Source of the DNA: an uncultured virus (IMG/VR IMGVR_UViG_3300035502_000498)
Taxonomy: Duplodnaviria > Heunggongvirae > Uroviricota > Caudoviricetes
Direction: 5' to 3' (one strand)
IMG/VR virus record: IMGVR_UViG_3300035502_000498
Length of the DNA: 64,000 nucleotides
The first letter of the stretch is position 1, and each line of letters begins with the position of its first letter. Shown in pieces: positions 50,499-59,598 of this stretch. The notes below the pieces were generated by a model that ran no database searches, was not told where the DNA came from, and worked only from the letters and a program-made list of their open reading frames with translations. Position numbers and translations under genes: made by a program.

Positions 50499-50735
50499 AT
50501 GGACTGGAAATCAATAAATCATCAATTTTGGCATGGATACTCAATAAAGAACGTTGTTTGCGATGCTTGCACAGGTAAGCTAGAGATTGCTTCTCCTGAA
50601 GTCAAGGAAGAAAGAAGAGAAATTTGCGATGAATGTGAATTCAAGAATCGTTTTGGTTTTTGCAGGAAATGTGGTTGCAAAGTGTTGTGGAAAACAGCAG
50701 TAAAGAAGTCTAAATGTCCACTCAAGAAATGGTAG
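50499..50735 (+). CDS. Zinc-finger protein (DUF6171-like)
   Basis: RREICDECEF..CRKCGC..K....KCPLKKW. Confidence 0.65.
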   Translation: MDWKSINHQFWHGYSIKNVVCDACTGKLEIASPEVKEERREICDECEFKNRFGFCRKCGCKVLWKTAVKKSKCPLKKW

Positions 50736-50989
50736 ACTCCAATACTTGCACTTGCAATTGTGAGCATCTAGTACAAACAATCTTGGATATGATTCCCCTG
50801 CTTCTATATTTCCTGATTCTATTCATTTTTATTGTTATAGTTCACAGATGCAGAGGCAAGAGTATTTCTCTGTATTGGTTTGGATTATTTGCTTTATTCT
50901 TCTTTGACATTGCAACAATTGGTTTCTCTTTTGCTTATTTAGATGCACTATATCATGTATTTCATTGTAGTTGCGATGAAGAAGTATGA
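50714..50989 (+). CDS. Membrane protein
   Basis: Two hydrophobic segments. Confidence 0.5.
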   Translation: MSTQEMVDSNTCTCNCEHLVQTILDMIPLLLYFLILFIFIVIVHRCRGKSISLYWFGLFALFFFDIATIGFSFAYLDALYHVFHCSCDEEV

Positions 50990-51038
50990 TCGAAATTTAG
51001 ATTTTCATAGAACATTATGAAAATATAGGAGAAATCAA

Positions 51039-52421
51039 ATGTTAGATAGAAAATTGTTGGTAGAAGCATTGAGAATAGATAATAAAGATATTCTTCCAAA
51101 ATTTGGTTCGCCAGAGTTAAAGAAAGTAATGGAAGCAGCAACTGAATATGTGAATATAGATGATATTCTAGATTATGAAGAAGGAAAAGTCACAAGAGAA
51201 GGTGCTTTTGATTTAATGGATTTACTAGGAAGAGGTTCAGTTGGCATAGCTGATTCAGATAATCAGCCAGCTTTGAACTTTATTCTAAGCGGATCAGATA
51301 TCTATGCTCATAATATGTTCACAGATGAAGATGATGTCTTAGATGCAACTCCAGAAGCACTTGCAGAATATATTGAAGACCAGTTGGATACAAGAACGTT
51401 TGATATTGGAGAAGTTCAGGAATCTTCTTCTAAAACAGAGGAAGAAGATACTCCAACTGAAGAATATTTCTCAAATTCTGTGAAAGGTATATCTGAGTTT
51501 GAACTTTATGAGTTTGCAAGACTCCATAAATATACTGTACGTAAATATGGAGATATAAATGGAGATCCATTCTTCTGTGTATTTAAAGGAAATCAACATG
51601 TAGGAACTCTAAATCCTGAAACCAGTGTTTATTATTTCGATGATGATGTTCCTTATGAATCTATAGAAGATTACCTTAAAGCAGAAGGCTCTGCTTTTCA
51701 GAATATAAAAGAATTCAGAAGAGAACTTAACAAAAAGAAAGCAAAACTTCAAAAGAAGTTAGATAAAGGCATTTTCTATGAAAACTTTGGTCAAGATGAA
51801 GTCAGAGAGCTAAGAAACAGAATGCCAGTAGTTGGTGAAAATGACGATGTTCTTAAAATGCAAAAAGAACTAGATCGCTTCAATGAATGGTGTATGACTG
51901 TAACTCCTAAAAGGGAATCTGCAGAAGTAGCAGATGTTATGTTCTTAAAAGAACCAAATGAGTTTTCAGAAGGATCAACTGTATTAGCAGTATTTCCAGA
52001 TATCATAGAACAACCTGGGGATGAAGGAAGAGTTCTTACTTATTCTCATAACGGTCAGCATGTTTCTGTAAGTCCAGAATATTTGGATACTCTTGAAGAA
52101 GCGACCAAAGAAGAGTACACAGACTTGGCAAGAGAACTTGAAGGACAAGGCTATGTACTTAATATTCTTAATGAACAAGACTCTGTTGAAGAATCTTTAA
52201 ATGAAGATGTAGATCCTGATGATTCAGAAAGTGCAATGGATGAAATCAGAAGTAAGCTTAATTCAGCAGCAGATTCAATCAAGAGAATAGTTGAAACTGC
52301 AGAAAGTCTTAGCTCTGAAGATGTAGATTTTGATGTTCTTCAAAATATAGTAGATATGGTTGAAAAAGCTTCAGACGCTCTTGTAGAAGAAGTAAGAGCC
52401 TTATTCGAAGAGGGAGAATAA
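51039..52421 (+). CDS. Acidic multidomain protein, putative virion protein
   Basis: AGGAG RBS; D/E-rich; contains LAVFP..YSHNGQH..ATKEEY.DL.RELE..GY module. Confidence 0.65.
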   Translation: MLDRKLLVEALRIDNKDILPKFGSPELKKVMEAATEYVNIDDILDYEEGKVTREGAFDLMDLLGRGSVGIADSDNQPALNFILSGSDIYAHNMFTDEDDVLDATPEALAEYIEDQLDTRTFDIGEVQESSSKTEEEDTPTEEYFSNSVKGISEFELYEFARLHKYTVRKYGDINGDPFFCVFKGNQHVGTLNPETSVYYFDDDVPYESIEDYLKAEGSAFQNIKEFRRELNKKKAKLQKKLDKGIFYENFGQDEVRELRNRMPVVGENDDVLKMQKELDRFNEWCMTVTPKRESAEVADVMFLKEPNEFSEGSTVLAVFPDIIEQPGDEGRVLTYSHNGQHVSVSPEYLDTLEEATKEEYTDLARELEGQGYVLNILNEQDSVEESLNEDVDPDDSESAMDEIRSKLNSAADSIKRIVETAESLSSEDVDFDVLQNIVDMVEKASDALVEEVRALFEEGE

Positions 52422-52422
52422 T

Positions 52423-52641
52423 ATGCCAATAGATAAAAGACAATCTCATTCATCAATAGTTAAAGAACTTTTAGATGAGTATAAATCTTCAGGGAAGATA
52501 GGAAATACAACTCCAAGAGATATGGATCATGCAAGAGCAATTGCTAATGCCATTGCATATAAAGCTAAAGATGAAGAAGTTCTCAAGGAAATAATCGAGA
52601 TCAATCGAAGAGAAATTTTCGGAGAGTCAAGTTCTTTATGA
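52423..52641 (+). CDS. Small hypothetical protein
   Basis: MPIDK..KEL....GK..TTPR...ARAIA pattern; GGGAG RBS. Confidence 0.55.
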   Translation: MPIDKRQSHSSIVKELLDEYKSSGKIGNTTPRDMDHARAIANAIAYKAKDEEVLKEIIEINRREIFGESSSL

Positions 52642-52659
52642 ATTTAAGTTCTTATGTTA

Positions 52660-52812
52660 ACTTTGGTCCCCACCAAAGTTCTCCTCCTCATGCTAGGTTA
52701 TTGGTGGAGTTGTTATCTCTGGAAAAGCCATTAATAATGGACAGAGCTCTTTCACCTCCACTATGAGCCAAAACTCAGATTCAGCACCTCGTTAGGAATC
52801 TGAGTTTTTATT
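52660..52812 (+). ncRNA. Candidate small structured RNA ending in a terminator
   Basis: Hairpin 52660-52681, imperfect rod 52687-52767, terminator AAAACTCAGATTC/GAATCTGAGTTTT. Confidence 0.4.
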
Positions 52813-52878
52813 TTCCAAATACGAATTTCACTAAATAGGAATCCAACCTAAATTATTGCACATAAATACTTATCTTAT

Positions 52879-52954
52879 GCGGAAGTAGTTCAAGCTAGTA
52901 GAATCTTGGTGACCAATCAAGCAATGTGGGTGCAAATCCCACCTTCCTGCTCCA
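52879..52954 (+). tRNA. Degenerate tRNA-Gly-like gene (apparent ACC anticodon), possibly pseudo
   Basis: GCGGAAG acceptor with one bulge, GTGGG-TGCAAAT-CCCAC T arm, encoded CCA; anticodon loop TGACCAA lacks U33. Confidence 0.55.
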
Positions 52955-52964
52955 TTTATGTTTT

Positions 52965-53039
52965 GCAGGTGTAGCTTAATTGGTAAAGCTCCGATCTCCA
53001 AAGTCGATGTAGATGTAAGTTCGAGTCCTACCACCTGTG
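52965..53039 (+). tRNA. tRNA-Trp(CCA)
   Basis: GCAGGTG/CACCTGT acceptor, GCTT/AAGC D arm, loop CTCCAAA, TTCGAGT T loop, G discriminator; two stem mismatches. Confidence 0.8.
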
Positions 53040-53122
53040 AATGATATTCAGATAATTAAGATTTCTCTTTTTATCTTTATCAAAAATTTCTCTAACTGTA
53101 ATTATAATCGGAGGATATTCAA

Positions 53123-53863
53123 ATGTCAAGTAAACTATCAGTAGAAGCAGCTCAAAAAGTTAGAGATCTGGCAGAGAAAGCAGCACCACATCGTCTTACA
53201 ATCATGGATGATTTGTCCAAGAAAATGCGTTTCTTGCGTCAGAGTTTTGTTTTGCATTTTGTCAAAGACATAAACAAAAAGAAAGATAAAGAACTTTATG
53301 TGGCAACCAAAATAGCACAAGAGAAGATTTTTCGTAAAGTTAAAGACTATATTCATTATGAAGGTGAAGAATCTCCAAATAAGGCTTATGACGGGCTCAA
53401 TAAATTGGAGAAGGTTTTGGATGAAGTTCAAATCGCAGTTCAGTATCTTCGCTATATAGGCCACACAGATAACTTGGATAAACTTCTTGCAGATAGAAGT
53501 ATGGCCATTACATGCAGAGCTCTTGAAGCAACCAATGAAGTTCTTGCAGATGAAGAAGTAAAAGATAATATCACAAAAGTATTTGCTTCTGCAGATAAAA
53601 CACAGACTCAAATTTGTATAGAAGCAAATACAATCAAAGAAGATATCTATAATGAACTTGAAGAACACATTAAGTATGATGCCAAACATAATAAATCAGG
53701 TTTAAAATCCAATGAATTTGATAAACTTACAACTTTGGAAGCAATCAGACAGAAATCTGAAGATGCTGCAGAGAAGAAGTTGGATTCTATGAAAGATTCA
53801 ATTGGAAACACTATAGACTCTCAATTAAATGTGCAAACTGTCGCACAGACTATCGCAGGATAG
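53123..53863 (+). CDS. Hypothetical helical protein
   Basis: GGAGG RBS, 246 aa. Confidence 0.65.
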   Translation: MSSKLSVEAAQKVRDLAEKAAPHRLTIMDDLSKKMRFLRQSFVLHFVKDINKKKDKELYVATKIAQEKIFRKVKDYIHYEGEESPNKAYDGLNKLEKVLDEVQIAVQYLRYIGHTDNLDKLLADRSMAITCRALEATNEVLADEEVKDNITKVFASADKTQTQICIEANTIKEDIYNELEEHIKYDAKHNKSGLKSNEFDKLTTLEAIRQKSEDAAEKKLDSMKDSIGNTIDSQLNVQTVAQTIAG

Positions 53864-53948
53864 TTATTTTTCTTTCAGAATTCCTAGTATATGATAATCT
53901 ATCACCTCCTGTGTATTAGTTAGTAACTAATTATAGGAGGTTTTTATT

Positions 53949-54164
53949 ATGGATACAGAAGAAAACAAACAAGCTCAAGAAAAGATTAATTCAGATTCTT
54001 CGTTTGGTTATTTGTTAGCAATTATTATGGGTCTTATGTCTTTTGGAAATTCAAGTCCTAGTTTTGATATATCAAAATATGAGTTCGATTCTCTAAGAGA
54101 TAGGTATCATGAACTAGATAAACGTGTTGCTCTTATTGAAGCAAAACTTTCTTCCAAAGAATGA
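53949..54164 (+). CDS. Small protein with hydrophobic segment and coiled coil
   Basis: AGGAGG RBS inside a hairpin. Confidence 0.6.
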   Translation: MDTEENKQAQEKINSDSSFGYLLAIIMGLMSFGNSSPSFDISKYEFDSLRDRYHELDKRVALIEAKLSSKE

Positions 54165-54170
54165 ATTTAA

Positions 54171-54400
54171 GACTTTGTGAAACCGAGTAGGATGAACACT
54201 GACTTAGGCAGTTTGAATAGGAAACTGAAATCTCATCTTTGCTCAAAGATGCATTAAGTAGCAAGGCTCTGGGGACTCAGTCGGGAACGGACAGGAGAAT
54301 AAATTTTGTACAGTTCAAGTGCACGATCGCTGACTAAAAGTTCCGAAGCGATTAATAAATTAAAGAACTTAGGTTTGGGTGTTTCTCCTTAAAACACCCA
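54171..54400 (+). ncRNA. Candidate structured ncRNA upstream of tRNA-Met
   Basis: ORF-free and G+C-enriched; hairpins CAGTTT/AAACTG, CATCTTTG/CAAAGATG, ATCGCT/AGCGAT, TGGGTGTTT/AAACACCCA. Confidence 0.5.
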
Positions 54401-54403
54401 CAT

Positions 54404-54481
<78 letters not shown>

Positions 54482-54492
54482 TTATACAGAAC

Positions 54493-54956
54493 ATTGACAA
54501 ATCGATATAATAGGATAGCATGGCTGAATAATCCTTTGATCGGGATAAGGCATTGCAAGTAGAGAGGTGGAATTCCTCTTCATAAATCTGTCAAGATTGA
54601 ATGTTTGCAAATTATGGCTATATTCGGGCATAAGGCACAAATAGAGCTAAGAGAGAAGGTTGAGAAATCACCAAGATTCTCTAAGGTTGCACCCTGAATA
54701 GTTCCTGTATTTGGTTCGAGCTGAGTAATTGTGCAATATAACCATGCATATATTACGTATTCAGATCACAGTGAGATTTCGGTAACCAATCCGAACTAAC
54801 TTTAAACTCTGTACAGAGGCTTTATAACATGATGTTGAGAACAGCTGCTCCCAAAGTGTTGTAATTGGTTAGAAGCCTTTAGGTGTCTAGGGAATATAAG
54901 TGTTTAAGAGTAAAAACATAAAGCTCTTTGCTATCCTACTATATCGATTTGTCAAT
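54493..54956 (+). ncRNA. Large ornate ncRNA, ROOL-like candidate
   Basis: 28-bp terminal inverted repeat (1 mismatch) enclosing ~410 nt with many nested hairpins and no ORF; directly 3' of tRNA-fMet. Confidence 0.65.
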
Positions 54957-55008
54957 ATCTTCTATTTTGGAATTTAATCTTCCAGAACAGAAAATGGAGA
55001 GATTTTAT

Positions 55009-55251
55009 ATGTCAGAGTTAAAACAAAAGTTTGTATCCATTGCTCAAGTTGCTTTAATTGAGTTTTCTTTAAATCATCCAGGACATTGCGTTGTTGGCAA
55101 GATGATGGAAGGAATTCTTGATCTTTCAGAGGAAGAAATCTCAAAAGCATATGAAGCGCATGAAGAATTATCATCAGCAGTTGATGAATACATATTGTAT
55201 CAATTCACTGCAGGAAGAAATGGATTTAAAAAACCTTCTTGGTTGAATTAG
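55009..55251 (+). CDS. Hypothetical protein
   Basis: GGAG RBS; start refined. Confidence 0.55.
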   Translation: MSELKQKFVSIAQVALIEFSLNHPGHCVVGKMMEGILDLSEEEISKAYEAHEELSSAVDEYILYQFTAGRNGFKKPSWLN

Positions 55252-55278
55252 TTCCTTTAGTATGAGGAGAGTTAAATA

Positions 55279-55527
55279 ATGCAAGAATCTGCAGATTGGT
55301 TTTTGGAGCACATAGAGTTTATATCCAGAGATGAATCAAGTGTGAGAGCACAATTATCTTTTAAGAAACAGAAACATCAATTTCCATTACATTCACGTTG
55401 GCAAGTTTTGGAATCCTGCTTCGATATAGATAATGGTGTTTTCAGCTCTTTACATCCAGGACAGTCCTATATTCTTATGTTTGATGAAAATATGATCTGC
55501 AGAGAGTTTCGTTTTCAATTACATTAA
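55279..55527 (+). CDS. Hypothetical protein
   Basis: GAGGAG RBS. Confidence 0.55.
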   Translation: MQESADWFLEHIEFISRDESSVRAQLSFKKQKHQFPLHSRWQVLESCFDIDNGVFSSLHPGQSYILMFDENMICREFRFQLH

Positions 55528-55571
55528 TAATGCATAGGGAAATTATTGCATACAAGAAAATGGAGGTTCAC

Positions 55572-55844
55572 ATGACCGATAGATCAATTATTGTATCCAA
55601 TGAAGTAGAATTGTCTCAAAATGAAAAAGGTCAATTTATAGTTCATAGACCTGGAAGCAATCCATATCCTATTAAACCTACTTCAAGCACATACTTCATT
55701 GTGAAGATTTTAGATTTACGTTGCGATGCACAGAAGCGTAAATATGATTATGCCAATGACGTTATCCATTCTTTGCAAAAGAAGTTGGAACGTATTGAAA
55801 GCACTTTTTGGTATAAATCTTTGCATTTATTCGGACTTATATAA
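55572..55844 (+). CDS. Hypothetical protein
   Basis: GGAGG RBS; start refined. Confidence 0.55.
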   Translation: MTDRSIIVSNEVELSQNEKGQFIVHRPGSNPYPIKPTSSTYFIVKILDLRCDAQKRKYDYANDVIHSLQKKLERIESTFWYKSLHLFGLI

Positions 55845-55859
55845 GCACGGGAGTTAAAT

Positions 55860-56816
55860 ATGGACGAAATATTAGAAGCCATCATAAATATTAATACAAA
55901 TGAAGATTGGGAAGATGCAGAAGAAAGTACTGCAAGCTTCCCAAGCGAAGACTTGCCTTTGGATATATGGGACAAAGTAGATGACACCTATAAACTCAAA
56001 CCAGAACTCAAAGAAACGATCTTGGATGCATTGTCTCAATATCCAGATGCTGATCTTTTGGACATGGCTCAAAGTATTAAGATTGTTGGTTCCATTGGTA
56101 CTAATCTTTATGATGAAGATGCCGATATTGATGTCCATGTTGAACCAAAGTCTGAAGCACTTGAAGGAAAAACTCCCGAAGAACTGGAACAATTCCAACG
56201 AGATGTAATGAATTGGTTCAAAAATGAAAGAGAAGAAAAAGGTTGGTTTGTAGATCAGCACCCAATGGAAGTATATTTCTCATTGGCTCCAGTTCAAGAT
56301 TATTTTTCAGATACAGTCTATGATTTACTAACAGATGAATGGATTAAACCAGTTAAGAAATATGCAATGGACTATGACCCATTTACTGCATATGGAGATG
56401 TTCTTACCGAACTAGATGAAGTAGCAGCACCTGCAGATATTCTTCTTGGAAAGATTAAAAGAGCTCTTGACTATATAGACAGAATTCATAAAGGAAAAGG
56501 TGCAGAAGATTTAGTTCAACCTCATCTTCAAGAAATCAAAGATTCTGTCTTGGCTCTCAAAGAATGTAAAGAAAACTGGAGACTCATTCGTAGAAGAAAT
56601 TCTGTAGAACTTCCAGATGAATTACCAGATGATATTACTACTTTAGAACAGCCTGATGCATGGAAACATGATAATAACATTTTCAAACTTCTTGATGGTT
56701 CTTCTTATTTTGCAGTTGTTAATAGCTTAGCCAAGTTATTAGATGCCAATGGAGAATTAGTTGAAGATGCTCCAGAACAAGCAAGAAAGATTCTTTCTGA
56801 TTTCTATTCTAAATAA
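55860..56816 (+). CDS. Pol-beta superfamily nucleotidyltransferase
   Basis: IVGSIGTNLYDEDADIDVHV (hGS-x10-DxD), PMEVY, YDLLTDEWIKP. Confidence 0.8.
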   Translation: MDEILEAIININTNEDWEDAEESTASFPSEDLPLDIWDKVDDTYKLKPELKETILDALSQYPDADLLDMAQSIKIVGSIGTNLYDEDADIDVHVEPKSEALEGKTPEELEQFQRDVMNWFKNEREEKGWFVDQHPMEVYFSLAPVQDYFSDTVYDLLTDEWIKPVKKYAMDYDPFTAYGDVLTELDEVAAPADILLGKIKRALDYIDRIHKGKGAEDLVQPHLQEIKDSVLALKECKENWRLIRRRNSVELPDELPDDITTLEQPDAWKHDNNIFKLLDGSSYFAVVNSLAKLLDANGELVEDAPEQARKILSDFYSK

Positions 56817-56849
56817 TTTCTTTTCTTAGATTAAAAGGAGAGAATCATA

Positions 56850-57353
56850 ATGGATCTAGAAAAATTAGCAGAAGAAGCACATAAAAATACTGCAAGATAT
56901 GCAGCTGCTACTTCTCAATCAGAGTATTTTAATACTCTTCAAGAAAATCAATGTCATGAGTTATGTTCTTCAGGAAAATGCAAAGCAGATTGTTGTGGAT
57001 GTGCAAGTTTATTGGAATCTTCTTTTAAAAGACTGAAGAAGTTTATTCCAGATAACACAGAATATCATCTTGTTAAAACAAAAGAAAATGGATTTGTTTA
57101 TGTTAAGCCAGTAACTCCAAATTTCAAATGCGTTTTCTTAACAAAAGATTGTAGTTGCTCAATATACAATTCTCATCTAAGACCTGAATACTGTAAGAGA
57201 TTTGGTGAAGATGCATCAGAACCACTTTATGCTTGTACGTACATCAATGAAGAAATGAAAGAAGAGATACAAGAGTTCGCTAGATTATACTTGGCTCAAC
57301 AGGCAAGAAATGGCAATCCAGTAGCGAAACATGTATTAAAACAGCAAGACTAA
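56850..57353 (+). CDS. YkgJ-like cysteine-cluster protein
   Basis: C....CKADCC...KCVFL..CSCSIY...RPEYCKRFG. Confidence 0.75.
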   Translation: MDLEKLAEEAHKNTARYAAATSQSEYFNTLQENQCHELCSSGKCKADCCGCASLLESSFKRLKKFIPDNTEYHLVKTKENGFVYVKPVTPNFKCVFLTKDCSCSIYNSHLRPEYCKRFGEDASEPLYACTYINEEMKEEIQEFARLYLAQQARNGNPVAKHVLKQQD

Positions 57354-57465
57354 TTTCACTATCGATATTGTATTCCTTATCATTAATTGCTACTATCTAG
57401 TTCTCCGAACGAAACAGAATGTTTCAGAATTTTAATTCTTGGAAAGAATTAAAGGAGAACATTCT

Positions 57466-57711
57466 ATGATAGTAGCAAATTATTTTGCTTCAACGGAGTT
57501 TTTGAAGTTGATGGAGCAACTAGACGCTGAGGATCTGAGTCCAAAAGGTAAAGCTGCATTGGAACGTCTTAAGACGAAATTGCTTTTATTCAAATGTCCT
57601 TCTTGTGGAAAACCTCTTGGGCTGTCTCACAGTTTTTCTGCATGGAGTGAAGCATTTATGGAAGATTGGAAAGCAGAAATGGAAGAGCTCCTAGCAAGGA
57701 GGAACTCATGA
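57466..57711 (+). CDS. Small protein with CPSCG motif
   Basis: AAGGAG RBS; start refined. Confidence 0.5.
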   Translation: MIVANYFASTEFLKLMEQLDAEDLSPKGKAALERLKTKLLLFKCPSCGKPLGLSHSFSAWSEAFMEDWKAEMEELLARRNS

Positions 57712-58589
57712 GAACTTCAGCAAAACAAAAAGTATATGAGACAAGATGGTCTCATGCAGAAAAAGAAAAATCTATGCAACGTAGATTGAATAAGTATTAT
57801 ATAGATATCAATGATAGGTTAAGAAATACAAAGGAGAAAATTATGGAAACAGTTACAGACACAGAATGGACGTTACAAGATCTAAATAAGTTGAAATCAA
57901 ATAAGGACAGACCAATGAATGAGTTGCTTTTGATACTTAAAAACAAGTTCAATGCAGATCAGATCAGAGAAATGAAAGCTAAGATTATTTCTGAACTCAC
58001 AAAAGAAGGAACACCAAAAGCCAAAAGAGGATTCTCATGCAAGTTCTCAGATGAACAATTCAAAATCTTATATGAAAATCGCGAGTCTACAAGAAATGCA
58101 TTTTTGTTGAAATATCCAGAATTCAGAAAGATTGCTGCAGAATCAACAATTGGTTGGTACTTAAATTCTATTCGAGCAGAAATTAAAGGAACTCAAACTC
58201 ATTTATCTCAACACTTTTATGATTTAGTCAGATTGTGGTATAATAATTCTCATCCAGTCCCAATGCCAAAGCGTGGTGCAACTTCTGTCAGATATCTTGC
58301 ACGAGCTAGGAAAAATAATACAGAAGAAAAGGAAGTCTCTACAGAATCTTCTACCATAAAAATCGTAGAACACTTGCCAATTAAACCAGAACCAGTTCAA
58401 GAAGTAGATCCAAGTACTTTGGGCTTTTCCAAAGAAGCAAAAGTGAAATTTGGTTTAATAGTAGATGGTGTCGTTAGAGTTATTGGGGAAACTAAAGAGC
58501 ATATAGAAGGTGCAGAAATGGTATACCGACAAATAGGCTTAACCTCAAATATTCAACGAGTCAAACTCCTCGTTGAAACTCTTCAGTAG
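57708..58589 (+). CDS. Hypothetical protein
   Basis: AGGAGG RBS, ATGA overlap; start refined. Confidence 0.6.
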   Translation: MRTSAKQKVYETRWSHAEKEKSMQRRLNKYYIDINDRLRNTKEKIMETVTDTEWTLQDLNKLKSNKDRPMNELLLILKNKFNADQIREMKAKIISELTKEGTPKAKRGFSCKFSDEQFKILYENRESTRNAFLLKYPEFRKIAAESTIGWYLNSIRAEIKGTQTHLSQHFYDLVRLWYNNSHPVPMPKRGATSVRYLARARKNNTEEKEVSTESSTIKIVEHLPIKPEPVQEVDPSTLGFSKEAKVKFGLIVDGVVRVIGETKEHIEGAEMVYRQIGLTSNIQRVKLLVETLQ

Positions 58590-58882
58590 AAGAGAAAATA
58601 CCTAAAACATTCCTAACATCCGGAAGGATGTTCTCCATAGGGTTCTTCATAAGAGAACCCTTTTCTTTTGTCATCCTAAATTATAATATGAATCCAAAAT
58701 ATTTAACACCATTTTTTGCATTCCTTATAGGCTTCTGCCTTAGTTTTGCAATGTTCTGTTTGTTTGAGCTTTTATGGGCAGATGTCGAATTCTTTCCAAA
58801 TCCAGAGACTCAAGCAATAGAAAAGATTAATAATAAATAACGGAATTTAAACAATCATCTATTGTTGAAGGGAGGTATTTCC

Positions 58883-59383
58883 GTGAAAGATAATTTTTTA
58901 ACAGGTATAGTCAGTTCAGCACTTAGTGCACAAGAGCAACAATATTCCCAAGATGGTTCTTCTATAAATGAAGAGCAAGAATCTCGTTTATCTGGAATTA
59001 CAGAAAAAGATGGGTATGTTGGAGAGATGGTGAAACAAACTCTGGCTTTATTCGAAGATTCTGATAGTCCAAAAGATTATAGAAAGAAGTTCGATTCTAA
59101 ATACACAGTTGTTGTGGATTCTCTTTCTGTTAAAGTAGCAGATACAGACATGCCAACAAATATCGAATACGATTCTGTAGATTCAATCGCATCTCTTGCT
59201 GCTTATGTTTCAAATGCTGCAGAAATCGATTTGGATGTCGATAAGTTAAAAGCAACTTATGGCTCAGATAATAAAATCCATATGGAACAAGATAGTGAAT
59301 ATGGTTTGATAAAAATTGAAGTCAGCGTCACTGCTTATGAAGAAGTTGAAGCAAACACTGTTCTCAAATTACCAAGAAATTAA
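58883..59383 (+). CDS. Acidic hypothetical protein, putative virion protein
   Basis: GGGAGGT RBS, GTG start. Confidence 0.6.
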   Translation: MKDNFLTGIVSSALSAQEQQYSQDGSSINEEQESRLSGITEKDGYVGEMVKQTLALFEDSDSPKDYRKKFDSKYTVVVDSLSVKVADTDMPTNIEYDSVDSIASLAAYVSNAAEIDLDVDKLKATYGSDNKIHMEQDSEYGLIKIEVSVTAYEEVEANTVLKLPRN

Positions 59384-59598
59384 GCGTAATATTTTTCCTT
59401 AGCCAATGAAATCCTGAGCGATCAATAGTTCACTCAGGATTATTTCTATATAAGACAAAAAGAAGGAGGATTCATAAAACGACAAACATCCCGTATACTT
59501 AAATCTAAGTTTCGAAATTTGAATCTGTATAAAGAGTAATCCTCTATTATATTAGGATATACAACGTTGTATTAAGTAAAGAAATGGAGATCTCAAAT

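Noticed and set aside
53138..53689. Long minus-strand ORFs (also 43376-43747, 55872-56261, 40125-40454)
   Set aside because: Antisense shadows of well-supported + strand genes, with no RBS and biased composition
54493..54956. Group I intron or sigma-70 promoter (TTGACA...TATAAT)
   Set aside because: No interrupted gene and no convincing P3/P7 pseudoknot order; the two hexamers are only 6 nt apart
54928..55008. N-terminal extension of ORF 54928 in the ORF track
   Set aside because: Overlaps the ncRNA closing stem; a better ATG with RBS lies at 55009
58611..58662. SRP RNA (TCCGGAAGGA)
   Set aside because: Only a short GGAA-loop hairpin; the flanking CAGG/AGCA internal-loop motif is absent; the adjacent hairpin looks like a terminator
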